Shown: in pieces, positions 17,164 to 24,902 of the stretch | Numbering within the stretch: position 1 is the first letter of the stretch | Layout: each line of letters starts with the position of its first letter | Source: Acaryochloris thomasi RCC1774 | GTDB taxonomy: Bacteria; Cyanobacteriota; Cyanobacteriia; Thermosynechococcales; Thermosynechococcaceae | DNA length: 32,000 nt | NCBI RefSeq assembly: GCF_003231495.1 | Contig: NZ_PQWO01000027.1 | Location: forward strand, 19,854-51,853 | Reading direction: 5' to 3' | The notes under the pieces: model-generated | Seen by the model: only the letters and a program-made list of their open reading frames with translations | What the model was told of the DNA's origin: nothing | The model's database searches: none | Program-made: the position numbers and the translations under genes

Positions 17164-17186
17164 CATCAGATCAAGTCTGATGTTTT
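17164..17186 (+). terminator. Candidate plus-strand intrinsic terminator (7-bp stem followed by TTTT)
   Basis: CATCAGA-tcaag-TCTGATG followed by TTTT. No annotated plus-strand gene ends here. Confidence 0.35.
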
Positions 17187-17202
17187 AAACCTTAGCTGCT
17201 AA

Positions 17203-17469
17203 CTACCATTTGGAACCGTCACGAGATCCCTTGGGCTTCGCTTTATTCACCTTAAGTTCGCGTCCCATCCATTCAGCGCCGTCAAGGGCTGCAATGGCTA
17301 CGTCTTCTTCGGCATCGGTGCTCATATCAACAAAGGCAAAACCTCTGGGTCGGTTCGTTTCGCGATCCTTGAGAACATTAGCCTTTTTGACCGTTCCATA
17401 TTCGGCAAATGCACCGGTTAAGCCTGGTTCGGTGACATCGTAGGATAAATTGCCGACGTAAATTGACAT
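17203..17469 (-). CDS. RRM-type RNA-binding protein (cyanobacterial Rbp family, no Gly-rich tail)
   Basis: 88 aa. It has RNP2 (IYVGNL) and RNP1 (RGFAFVDM) motifs. Confidence 0.9.
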   Translation of the reverse strand: MSIYVGNLSYDVTEPGLTGAFAEYGTVKKANVLKDRETNRPRGFAFVDMSTDAEEDVAIAALDGAEWMGRELKVNKAKPKGSRDGSKW

Positions 17470-17731
17470 AAATTTTTGTCCAGAAAATTAAAGTGAAGTT
17501 GCATGACCTTGGGATGCCTATGCCCTCGCATCCTAACGGGTTTGCCAGTGAGCGGACCAAAAGCTTCTTAAATCAGGACAATCAATGAGGACTAACTTGA
17601 AAGTCTCGAATTTCCTGTAACAAATTCATCGCTGCTAGTTGCTTACTCACAACTGGTTGCGGGTTTCAAAGACGGAGAGAATCTATCTAAAAGTCCCTGT
17701 CCGTATAGACTTTCACTGATCCAATCTAAAA

Positions 17732-17770
17732 TTGCTCCTGTCCATTTGATTTGATGTCCGATAGGAGCAA
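17732..17770 (+). promoter_or_regulatory. SD-sequestering hairpin upstream of the transposase start
   Basis: TTGCTCCTGTC (17732-17742) pairs with GATAGGAGCAA (17760-17770) over 11 bp, including one G-U pair. The stem contains the AGGAG immediately upstream of the ATG at 17773. Confidence 0.45.
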
Positions 17771-17772
17771 GA

Positions 17773-18633
17773 ATGCCTCAACCCCAACGGTGGAATGAGA
17801 TTCCCACGCAATTGACCACAGAGCAGTTTGAAACATTTGTCTTGCCCTATCTGCCCACAGGTCGTCGGGGACCGCAGCCGAAGCTCTCCTTGCACACGAT
17901 TTTCAACTATATTCTGAAGCTGCTCTATCTGGGGTGTCAATGGAAGGAACTACCCATCGAAAAAGACAAAGATGGGATGCCAGAGATTCACTATTCAAAC
18001 ATCTATCGGGCCTTTCGACGATTTGAAACTCACGGCTGCTTCGATGATATTTTTGCTGGCTCTGTTGGTGTGCTGAACAAGAAAGGTCATCTCGATACCA
18101 GTGTCATTCATGGCGATGGCACAACAACCGCAGCCAAGAAGGGTGGCGATAATCTGGGGTTCAGCGGGCATAAACATATGAAGGGCGACAAAGTGGTGGC
18201 CTTCTGTGACCGCAACTGCAATGTCATTTCTCCCTTTGTCGCTGCCCCTGGCAATCGCAACGAATCCCCTCTGTTTTTGGAAGCGCTGCCCCTGGTGATG
18301 GGTATTGCTCGGCAGGTCGGTCTCGACCTCAAAAAGACGATTGTCAGTCTGGATGGGGCTTACGACAGCCGTTCCAACCGGAAAGCGATTTTCAATCGGG
18401 GCATGATCCCGAATATCAATGAAAACCCAAGGGGCAGAAAGACTCCAAAACGAGGTCGCAAACGATTCTTCATACCGGCTCTATTCCAAGAACGGTTTTT
18501 CACTATCGAACGAGTGTTTGGCTGGGAGGACAAATTCAAGCGCTTGTTGCTCCGCTTTGAGAGGATCAGTCAGTTACACTACGCCTTGAAGAGTCTGGCC
18601 TATACGATGATCAACCTCCGACATTTCTGCTAA
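17773..18633 (+). CDS. DDE transposase, IS4/IS5 family (DUF4096-like N-terminus plus DDE_Tnp_1)
   Basis: 286 aa. It has LSLHTIFNYILKLLYLGCQWKELP, then HGDGTTTAAKKGG, SLDGAYDS and FTIERVFGWEDKFKRLLLRFE, which supply the D, D and E residues. Confidence 0.9.
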   Translation: MPQPQRWNEIPTQLTTEQFETFVLPYLPTGRRGPQPKLSLHTIFNYILKLLYLGCQWKELPIEKDKDGMPEIHYSNIYRAFRRFETHGCFDDIFAGSVGVLNKKGHLDTSVIHGDGTTTAAKKGGDNLGFSGHKHMKGDKVVAFCDRNCNVISPFVAAPGNRNESPLFLEALPLVMGIARQVGLDLKKTIVSLDGAYDSRSNRKAIFNRGMIPNINENPRGRKTPKRGRKRFFIPALFQERFFTIERVFGWEDKFKRLLLRFERISQLHYALKSLAYTMINLRHFC

Positions 18634-18771
18634 GGCTAATCATCCCATTTTGGTGCTTGTTCAGGTCTCAAAGTAGGGGCCGAGTTTACCATGCTTGAAA
18701 AAAGTAAATGTCAGCTAAATCAGTCAAGCAAAGAGTCTAGATGAGTCGTACTGCTTGGTAGTGTACTCAAT

Positions 18772-19044
18772 GTGAACAGCTCGGCCAATATTCAAGGGCA
18801 ACAGAATAGGAAACCCGCAACCAGTTGCGTGAGAGCTGTCGCGGCCAAGCTTGATGTTGCTCACTCAACGTTTGCTCGTGTGGTCTCTGGCCGAAGCTCA
18901 GTAACGCCCGACATGGCGATCCGACTGTCTAAGGTGTTGGGAGGGTCACCAGAGAGCTGGCTGCAGATGCAAGTCAACCATGATTTGTGGGTGGCGCGTC
19001 AGCAGGAGCCTCACGATGAGCTGGTGGCTTTTGAGTTTGCTTAG
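18772..19044 (+). CDS. higA: HigA-family antitoxin (XRE-type HTH)
   Basis: 90 aa with a GTG start. AAKLDVAHSTFARVVSGRSSVTPDMAIRLSKVLGGSPESWLQMQVNHDLW matches the HigA/VapI HTH pattern. No HigB-like ORF is adjacent. Confidence 0.7.
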   Translation: MNSSANIQGQQNRKPATSCVRAVAAKLDVAHSTFARVVSGRSSVTPDMAIRLSKVLGGSPESWLQMQVNHDLWVARQQEPHDELVAFEFA

Positions 19045-19098
19045 ATATTGCAATTGTATTAAAACGGTATGCTTCGATATCAACTTTGAGGTGAGATC

Positions 19099-19314
19099 TT
19101 GAATCCTGAAATTAAATGTCATTTGACGTTCCAGTATCATCCAGAACTTAATGAAGAGTTTAGCTTTGCTGATATGCGAACGGCTGAAGAAATTGCAATA
19201 GCTATTAACGGTCTAGAGGAACGAATTCAGCATTCTATGTCTTCTATAGATTGCACTTCCATGCACCAAAAAGCTCTCGTCAAAGATGGGATTTTGATTG
19301 TACAGTGTCGCTAG
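19099..19314 (+). CDS. Hypothetical small protein
   Basis: 71 aa with a TTG start. I recognise no family. Its stop overlaps the stop of the convergent RNB gene within CTAG (19311-19314). Confidence 0.3.
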   Translation: MNPEIKCHLTFQYHPELNEEFSFADMRTAEEIAIAINGLEERIQHSMSSIDCTSMHQKALVKDGILIVQCR

Positions 19315-21179
19315 AATTGTCCGTTGCTCCTGAGTACTTCCAACACTCCCATCGCCGCCCTCTGCTTACTCAGCTTCTTCTTCCCCTCGATCGCAACCCC
19401 CTCAACCCGTTCCTCGAAGAATTCCATACAGCATATACATCGATACCCCTCCTCGACTTCCTCGAACTCAAAGGTAGGTAACTCCCAGTCCATGAGCTGA
19501 CAGATCTCAACCAATCGCCCCACATGATTCTGCCCATCAACCGGAGGCTTCTCTAGCAACGATCGCAACTTCTCCTCCTTCAAATCAACCACCGGCTCCA
19601 CTTCATCAACCACCACCGGCAGCTCCGGTACAATCCGCGCATCCACCCCCACCAGCTCCCCGTGAACAAAGGCAGAGAGCCATAACCAATAAGCTCGATG
19701 CCGCGCCACTTGTTTACGCTGATCGCAACCCGCTGTCGCCGTCGTCTGCAGTTCCCCATCGATGTATACTTCAGCCCAGGCCAAAAATCTGCCATCCTGC
19801 GATAACTCTGTACATTTCAGAGCATCCCAAGAATCCTCCTGAATAACAGCGATAGACAACACGCTGGCCGCATCCCGCACCTTCTCTTCCAGATGTTTTA
19901 ACACCATTTCCTGCAGCTCCCAATCGTTTCCTTGTATCAGCAGCAGATAGTAGTCCAGCACCACAAGCCGATTCTGCTCCAACCGAGATCGCACCTCCTC
20001 CGCCAGGGCCACCGATAGCTCACCCTCAGCATGTTTGATCCACCGCGAAAACTCTTTCTCAGGCAGCTCGTTAACGCTATCTTCCGATTCCAGCTTTTCC
20101 AGCAGTCCTTGCTTAGCCTTGGTCTTAAAATAGGTGCTTGTTCGCCGCTCCTCTTCTAGAACAGCTTCATTGATGTGACGCCCCAGTTCTTCCAGATCTT
20201 TCTTTGTATAGGGCGACTCTGCCCCATGCAGCAATGCCTTAATAATCCGGTGGTTGATCAGGTCGGCTATCCGGCGAATAGGCGAGGTGAAGTGCCCATA
20301 GGCCGGAAGATTCAATGCAAAGTGCCCAATGAGCGCGGGGCCATACTCTGCTCTATTCATCCAGCCTTGCAGCCGCCGTCGAATGGCTGTGGCCGACCCC
20401 AGCACCAGAAGTGCCTGCAGCATCTCGTCCTGGTCCGGTGCGATCGCTTTTGCGGTGTGATTTCGATAGAGTGCCGGTTGATCGCGGTCGGCTAGCCACT
20501 GGGCAGCAGCAGTATTGGCCGCAATCATGAACTCTTCTATAACGCGATGGCTATGGTACTTTGCATTGGGATTATCAGATAGATTGCCCTCTTCATTGAT
20601 GTATATGTTTTTACCGAAAGCTGATGCTCCAATAGCCCCTGTCGCCATCCGCTGCTGGTTCAGCTTGGCGGCCCACTCCTGGCAGAGCTTTAGCGTATTG
20701 TGCCAGCGGAGTTTGGGACTTGCAATGGCGTAGTCGGCTTCAGCGTAGGCAAAGCGTTTGGCGCTACTCAGGCAGGACTCGAAAATCTTGCAGTTGCTGA
20801 CTGAGCCGTCATTGGCTAACTCTAGTTCGAATGTAAGTGTGGCTCTCGGTTGGCCTTCCTGTAGGCTCAGTGTTGCCTCACTCAAAATCCTCGGCAGCAT
20901 GGGGCTGTTGCCCTGCCGGTGGTAGCGGGTTTGGGTGGTTGCGATCGCGCTGTAGTCAAGGGGGGAGTAGAGGGGGATGTGTTCGGATACATCGCTGATG
21001 TGGACTTGGATGGTTGCGCCTGTGTCGGTTTCTTCGCACCAGATTGCATCATCGAGGTCGAGGGAGGTGGGGCCGTCGATGGTGATGCCTTGGACTTCCG
21101 GGCGGGTGCGATCGGGCTGTAGAGTTGCGATCGTCTTGGCTTGAGTGATGGCTTCTGTTGAGAAACGCTGTTCAATCAC
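19311..21179 (-). CDS. RNB-domain (RNase II/R family) exoribonuclease with two C-terminal dsRBD-like modules and no CSD/S1 domains
   Basis: 622 aa. The RNB motifs GITIDGPTSLDLDDAIW and IGHFALNLPAYGHFTSPIRRIADLINHR begin about 30 aa from the N-terminus. Two C-terminal segments fit the dsRBD pattern: ASVLSIAVIQ...RFLAWAEVYIDGELQTTATAGCDQRKQVARHRAYWLWL and HVGRLVEICQLMDWELPTFEFEE...YRCICCMEFFEERVEGVAIEGKKKLSKQRAAMGVLEVL. Confidence 0.8.
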   Translation of the reverse strand: MIEQRFSTEAITQAKTIATLQPDRTRPEVQGITIDGPTSLDLDDAIWCEETDTGATIQVHISDVSEHIPLYSPLDYSAIATTQTRYHRQGNSPMLPRILSEATLSLQEGQPRATLTFELELANDGSVSNCKIFESCLSSAKRFAYAEADYAIASPKLRWHNTLKLCQEWAAKLNQQRMATGAIGASAFGKNIYINEEGNLSDNPNAKYHSHRVIEEFMIAANTAAAQWLADRDQPALYRNHTAKAIAPDQDEMLQALLVLGSATAIRRRLQGWMNRAEYGPALIGHFALNLPAYGHFTSPIRRIADLINHRIIKALLHGAESPYTKKDLEELGRHINEAVLEEERRTSTYFKTKAKQGLLEKLESEDSVNELPEKEFSRWIKHAEGELSVALAEEVRSRLEQNRLVVLDYYLLLIQGNDWELQEMVLKHLEEKVRDAASVLSIAVIQEDSWDALKCTELSQDGRFLAWAEVYIDGELQTTATAGCDQRKQVARHRAYWLWLSAFVHGELVGVDARIVPELPVVVDEVEPVVDLKEEKLRSLLEKPPVDGQNHVGRLVEICQLMDWELPTFEFEEVEEGYRCICCMEFFEERVEGVAIEGKKKLSKQRAAMGVLEVLRSNGQF

Positions 21180-21369
21180 GGCTTGCTAGCCTCCTATCTA
21201 TGAAGCTGCAAAGATTTCTAACACTATCGGTAAATCTGCACAAATTAGATGAATATCTACCAACAGGGAATTATTGATTCTATCTTTGGATAGGAAACAC
21301 AAGGCAAGAACTGAGCTAACTTACTATCAACACTCTTCTGAACTCCGCACACTCTCATCGAGCAGACGC

Positions 21370-21576
21370 ATGTCTTCCTCTGTTCAGGCCAAGCTAATCG
21401 AATATCTGAGACAGGAATTGACGATACCCAGTGAGTCTATCAACCTCGCGCTACGTCAGCAACCTGAACCATCGAGCCATCTGCACATCATCCTGTGGCA
21501 ATACGGTCTGATCACCCTAGAGCAGCTCAACGCCATCTTTGACTGGCTAGAGAATTCTACCCCAAGGCTCACTTGA
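21370..21576 (+). CDS. DUF2949-like small cyanobacterial protein
   Basis: I prefer the ATG at 21370 within track ORF 21274..21576. KLIEYLRQELTIPSESINLALRQ...LHIILWQYGLITLEQLNAIFDWLE resembles DUF2949 as I remember it. Confidence 0.5.
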   Translation: MSSSVQAKLIEYLRQELTIPSESINLALRQQPEPSSHLHIILWQYGLITLEQLNAIFDWLENSTPRLT

Positions 21577-21652
21577 GCAGGCCATTATGGCGCTTCAACA
21601 TGCCTGCGAATCAATGACATACTGAGTAGATTGCAAGAAATAGGCTATCCCA

Positions 21653-21931
21653 GTGAGACGCGGTGACATTGTTCGCTTGACGAACACCTATTCTCTCAAT
21701 CCTCAGTTAGCAGAGTATACCCACGGAATCATCGCTGCCAGAGTTAAACTTGATGCTCAGCCTCTTTCCAAGAAATCCTCAGATGTCGTTGTCAAAGAGC
21801 TAGTCGTTTATCTCTACTGTCCCAAATCATCTCGAATCTGCCTGGATGAATCTGGAATTCCTGCATTGTTTAGTTTTGCCGTGGATGAAGTAGAGCTATA
21901 TCAAGCTATAAAGCATAATAATTGGCACTAA
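21653..21931 (+). CDS. Hypothetical protein
   Basis: 92 aa with a GTG start, co-directional with its neighbours. I recognise no motif. Confidence 0.35.
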   Translation: MRRGDIVRLTNTYSLNPQLAEYTHGIIAARVKLDAQPLSKKSSDVVVKELVVYLYCPKSSRICLDESGIPALFSFAVDEVELYQAIKHNNWH

Positions 21932-21959
21932 CTTAAACAACAGAGCAACCTGGAGTTGT

Positions 21960-22814
21960 GTGAAAACTGATTCGATTTTCTATACGATTTTCAAAACTGA
22001 CCCCGGAATTTTATTCGAGCTTCTAGGTCAGCCATCGACTTTAGCCACAGGATACGAGTTCCGTTCCGTTGAAATCAAGCAGCTTGCCTTCAGGATAGAT
22101 GGCCTCTTCCTACCGAGACTAGATGCACCAGACCAGACCGTTATCTTCCTAGAAAACCAGTTTCAGCCAGATCCAGAGTTTTACCATCGATTTTTTGGCG
22201 AAATCATTACCTACCTCAAGCAGTACCCCAGCACAGCCGATTGGCAGGCGGTGGTTATCTTCCCAGAGCGAAAGATTGAGCCGGATGATGCTCATCTGTA
22301 CCGAGCGCTCCTCAACAGTGATCAGGTCTACCGTCTTTACCTTGAAGACCTTGCCGATGTCACGACTGACTCAATTGGGATTGGCTTGATGCAATTAATT
22401 ATTGCCGATTCAGTGGAAGCTGCCTCTAAAGCACGATCATTGCTATCGAGAGCAAAAGCTCAGGGGCGGACAGATCCTCAAATGCCTGCGATAATGGAGC
22501 TGATAGAGACTATTGTGATCTACAAATTCCCTCAATTAGAACGAGCGGAGATAGAGCGTATGTTGGGCTTAAGCGATCTCAAAGAAACAAAGGTCTACCA
22601 AGAAGCCGTGCAGGAAGGTCAACAAAAAGGACGCCTCGAAGAAAGCCAGTCCCTCGTCCTGCGTCAGCTCACTCGCCGCCTTGGTGAGATTCCACCAGAG
22701 TTGCGATCTCAAATAGAAGGGTTGTCGCTGGAGCAAACCGAGGCATTGGGTGAGGCGCTGCTGGACTTTACGGAACAGGGGGACTTGGTGGAATGGCTGG
22801 AAGGCAATCGGTAG
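21960..22814 (+). CDS. Rpn/YhgA-like PD-(D/E)XK recombination-promoting nuclease (cyanobacterial DUF2887-type N-terminus, DUF4351 C-terminus)
   Basis: 284 aa. The N-terminus reads MKTDSIFYTIFKTDPGILFELL, followed by RIDGLF and IFLENQFQ (the D...ExQ core). The C-terminus reads LVLRQLTRRLGEIPPELRSQIEGLSLEQTEALGEALLDFTEQGDLVEWL. Confidence 0.75.
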   Translation: MKTDSIFYTIFKTDPGILFELLGQPSTLATGYEFRSVEIKQLAFRIDGLFLPRLDAPDQTVIFLENQFQPDPEFYHRFFGEIITYLKQYPSTADWQAVVIFPERKIEPDDAHLYRALLNSDQVYRLYLEDLADVTTDSIGIGLMQLIIADSVEAASKARSLLSRAKAQGRTDPQMPAIMELIETIVIYKFPQLERAEIERMLGLSDLKETKVYQEAVQEGQQKGRLEESQSLVLRQLTRRLGEIPPELRSQIEGLSLEQTEALGEALLDFTEQGDLVEWLEGNR

Positions 22815-22984
22815 GCTTCGGGTTGAGATGCTTGAATGCCATTCTGAAACCACTGCACCCTAAAGCCCACCCCAGCAGAGCAGCAGCAACCTCCGCTTCC
22901 CTACAGAAAACGATAGTCCTTCCCGCGCTGCGATAGTTCTGCGTTAGTCTGGCGGGTGGTCTCTGGTAGTCTGGGTTTGTCGTT

Positions 22985-24247
22985 TTATACTTTGGCTTTT
23001 GTCGTATCCCGTGTTGCTCTCTTTCTCGGTGTTTTTGCCTTGGCTTTGGTAGATGTTTTCGCTTTAGATGCCGCTGGCTTTCGCCCTCTCTTTGGCTTTT
23101 GGGCTGCGTTGGGAGTATCAGTGGGAGCTGGAGTGCTTTCTGCTATTGCTTCAACCACAAGGTCCGGTTGGAGTTTCGGAGCTTTAGATTTTCGCCCTGG
23201 ACTTTTAGGCTTTGCCTCTTTGGCAGCGGGAACGACTTGATAGCTCAATGGTGCAGATGCTTTCTGCCACTTGTTGGTTTTAACGCCCCGGTGTAATGCA
23301 GTTGTCATCCTTCTGCGTTCAACTTTGAGATCTTCACTGCTGAGGTCGCCGTAGAGCCACTGAATGATCGCGTCCCGGTGAACCGCTTTCCCTTCCCGTT
23401 GTTCTAAGACAGAAACAATCGCTTCATTCTTTTTCATTTCTTGGTAGGGAGGCTGTAGCTCAAGAACGCTGTTAGCCTTTGCAGTTGCTGTCTCTCGCTT
23501 TGCCTTGGGTGCTTTTGCCTTTGCCCTATTCTTAGTCGTTGCCCCTGGCTTTTGGTTGGAGACTTTCGACTTTGCAACCGTCTTTGCTGCTGTTGTGCGG
23601 GGGGCGGGTGATACTTTCTGACTGCCTTGCTTTTTACGTTTGTTTGTTGCCCCTTTGATCTGGTAGCTAGAAGGTTTTCTTCCCTTCTGCCATAACTTAT
23701 TCTTCTCTCCCTGGTACAAGAGCGTTTTCAGCCGCTTCGACTCAGCTCTATGGTCTACTGCGCTCAAGGTGCCAAAGAGTTCTTGGGTCAGGGCATCAGC
23801 TGTGACCGCTTGACCCTGGTGAGCTAGCAACACTGTGGTGATTGCCTCCAGTCGCGTCAGCTCTTGATAAGCAGGCAGCATTGTCCGTGGGCTACTTCGA
23901 CCGCTTTTTGCTGGGGTTGGTTCGGGTGCGGCTGTTGTCTCCAAGGTTTCACTTGGGGGTGCAGCGGTTTCTGGATCGCTTTGGGTCGGAGCTAGGTCTA
24001 AGCTATCAGTGGGAGCATTAGCTTGAGGACTCAAGAATAGCCCAGGGGAGGGCGTTTCAATACGTTCTTGTAGAGGTGCCACACCATGAGTCGGGACAAG
24101 CTGATTGAGCAGCAATGCATCAACGTGTTCAAGTTGCTCTCTGAGGTTGGCGACCTTCGCATCGGCTTCGGATAACTCTTGTTCAAAGTGAGACTTGAGG
24201 GTGATGAGGTAGTCGATAGGAGAGGAATCTGGAGTGGCTGAGGACAT
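22985..24247 (-). CDS. Lys/Ala/Pro-rich DNA-binding-like protein with two internal HARE-HTH-like repeats and a histone-H1-like tail
   Basis: 420 aa. Two homologous ~75-aa modules are present: LPAYQELTRLEAITTVLLAHQGQAVTADALTQELFG...KNKLWQKGRKPSSYQI and QPPYQEMKKNEAIVSVLEQREGKAVHRDAIIQWLYG...KTNKWQKASAPLSYQV. They are separated and followed by AKxK/PKxK-rich low-complexity sequence. Confidence 0.55.
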   Translation of the reverse strand: MSSATPDSSPIDYLITLKSHFEQELSEADAKVANLREQLEHVDALLLNQLVPTHGVAPLQERIETPSPGLFLSPQANAPTDSLDLAPTQSDPETAAPPSETLETTAAPEPTPAKSGRSSPRTMLPAYQELTRLEAITTVLLAHQGQAVTADALTQELFGTLSAVDHRAESKRLKTLLYQGEKNKLWQKGRKPSSYQIKGATNKRKKQGSQKVSPAPRTTAAKTVAKSKVSNQKPGATTKNRAKAKAPKAKRETATAKANSVLELQPPYQEMKKNEAIVSVLEQREGKAVHRDAIIQWLYGDLSSEDLKVERRRMTTALHRGVKTNKWQKASAPLSYQVVPAAKEAKPKSPGRKSKAPKLQPDLVVEAIAESTPAPTDTPNAAQKPKRGRKPAASKAKTSTKAKAKTPRKRATRDTTKAKV

Positions 24248-24586
24248 TCTGATCTGATTTCATTGATGATTACGTTTCTCTATCTTATGGCCAGATGTAG
24301 TTGGAGGTTCGCTCTAAGAAATGCAGTTGCTCAATATGCGAGAGATTGGCATTGTTCACAATGAGAATATGGCTCAATTGAGATTGTAGTCCGATAGCTT
24401 AAAGTCACTGTCAGACAGTAGTTGTAGGGGGTGTATCGTCACAAGAGTGTTACCCAGGTCTCCGAGTCGATGAGCTATGCCCTGTCCTGGAATGTTCAGC
24501 CTGAGTCGGCGGAACACTTTTTTCCCTGTATTGTCTAAACTTCCAGTAGAGGAATACGATACTGCATATCTGAGGATAACGAAATT

Positions 24587-24859
24587 GTGGAGAACTTATT
24601 GCCTTTTCGTCAATATCCCAACAATCAGATCTTGTTTTTGATGCCGCGCTCCTTTGAAGAAACGAGACAGGCCATTGAATCTCTGAAGTCTGGCGTCGTT
24701 CTATTGCTCAACTTGAAAAGATTTGAAACCCAGTCAGCTCAGAGAATAGCTGATTACACTGCTGGTAGCGCCTGCGCCATTTCAGCCCATCATATTGAGA
24801 TCAGTAAGGACTTGTTCCTACTTGCACCCGAGCATTGCAAAATTACAACCCAGATCTAA
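24587..24859 (+). CDS. SepF-like (DUF552) core-domain-only protein
   Basis: 90 aa with a GTG start. ILFLMPRSFEETRQAIESLKSGVVLLLNLKRFETQSAQRIADYTAGSACAISAHHIEISKDLFLLAP aligns by eye with the B. subtilis SepF C-domain ([62 protein letters not shown]). It has no N-terminal membrane helix or linker. Confidence 0.65.
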   Translation: MENLLPFRQYPNNQILFLMPRSFEETRQAIESLKSGVVLLLNLKRFETQSAQRIADYTAGSACAISAHHIEISKDLFLLAPEHCKITTQI

Positions 24860-24902
24860 CTTACTGCGATTGCCAATTGCATCACTGACTATTTGCCATA
24901 TA

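Larger units (their letters stand above)
17700..18690 (+). mobile_element. IS4/IS5-superfamily insertion sequence (boundaries approximate)
   Basis: A single transposase ORF flanked by ~70 bp and ~50 bp. I see only a weak candidate terminal inverted repeat (ACTTTCA.. near 17709 versus the reverse complement of ..TCAAAGT near 18674). Termini and target-site duplication are not resolved by eye. Confidence 0.4.

Noticed and set aside
16942-17202. 86-aa plus-strand track ORF.
   Set aside because: It begins inside the long hairpin element and runs through the repeat copies. Its composition is not protein-like, so an RNA or repeat explanation is preferred.
17700-18690. Exact IS termini and target-site duplication.
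   Set aside because: Only weak, indel-containing inverted-repeat candidates could be aligned by eye (near 17709/18674, or near 17637/18735). No convincing duplication was found, so the boundaries are left approximate.
20175-21175. Track ORFs on both strands inside the RNB gene (106, 72, 97 and 67 aa).
   Set aside because: They overlap a strongly supported 622-aa CDS in other frames. Their low-complexity Pro/Ser/Gly-rich products have no motifs.
22956-23296. Plus-strand ORFs of 94 and 65 aa opposite the Lys/Ala/Pro-rich gene.
   Set aside because: These Gly/Leu/Phe/Ala-rich products are the antisense reading of AAG/GCN/CCN repeats, a compositional artefact.
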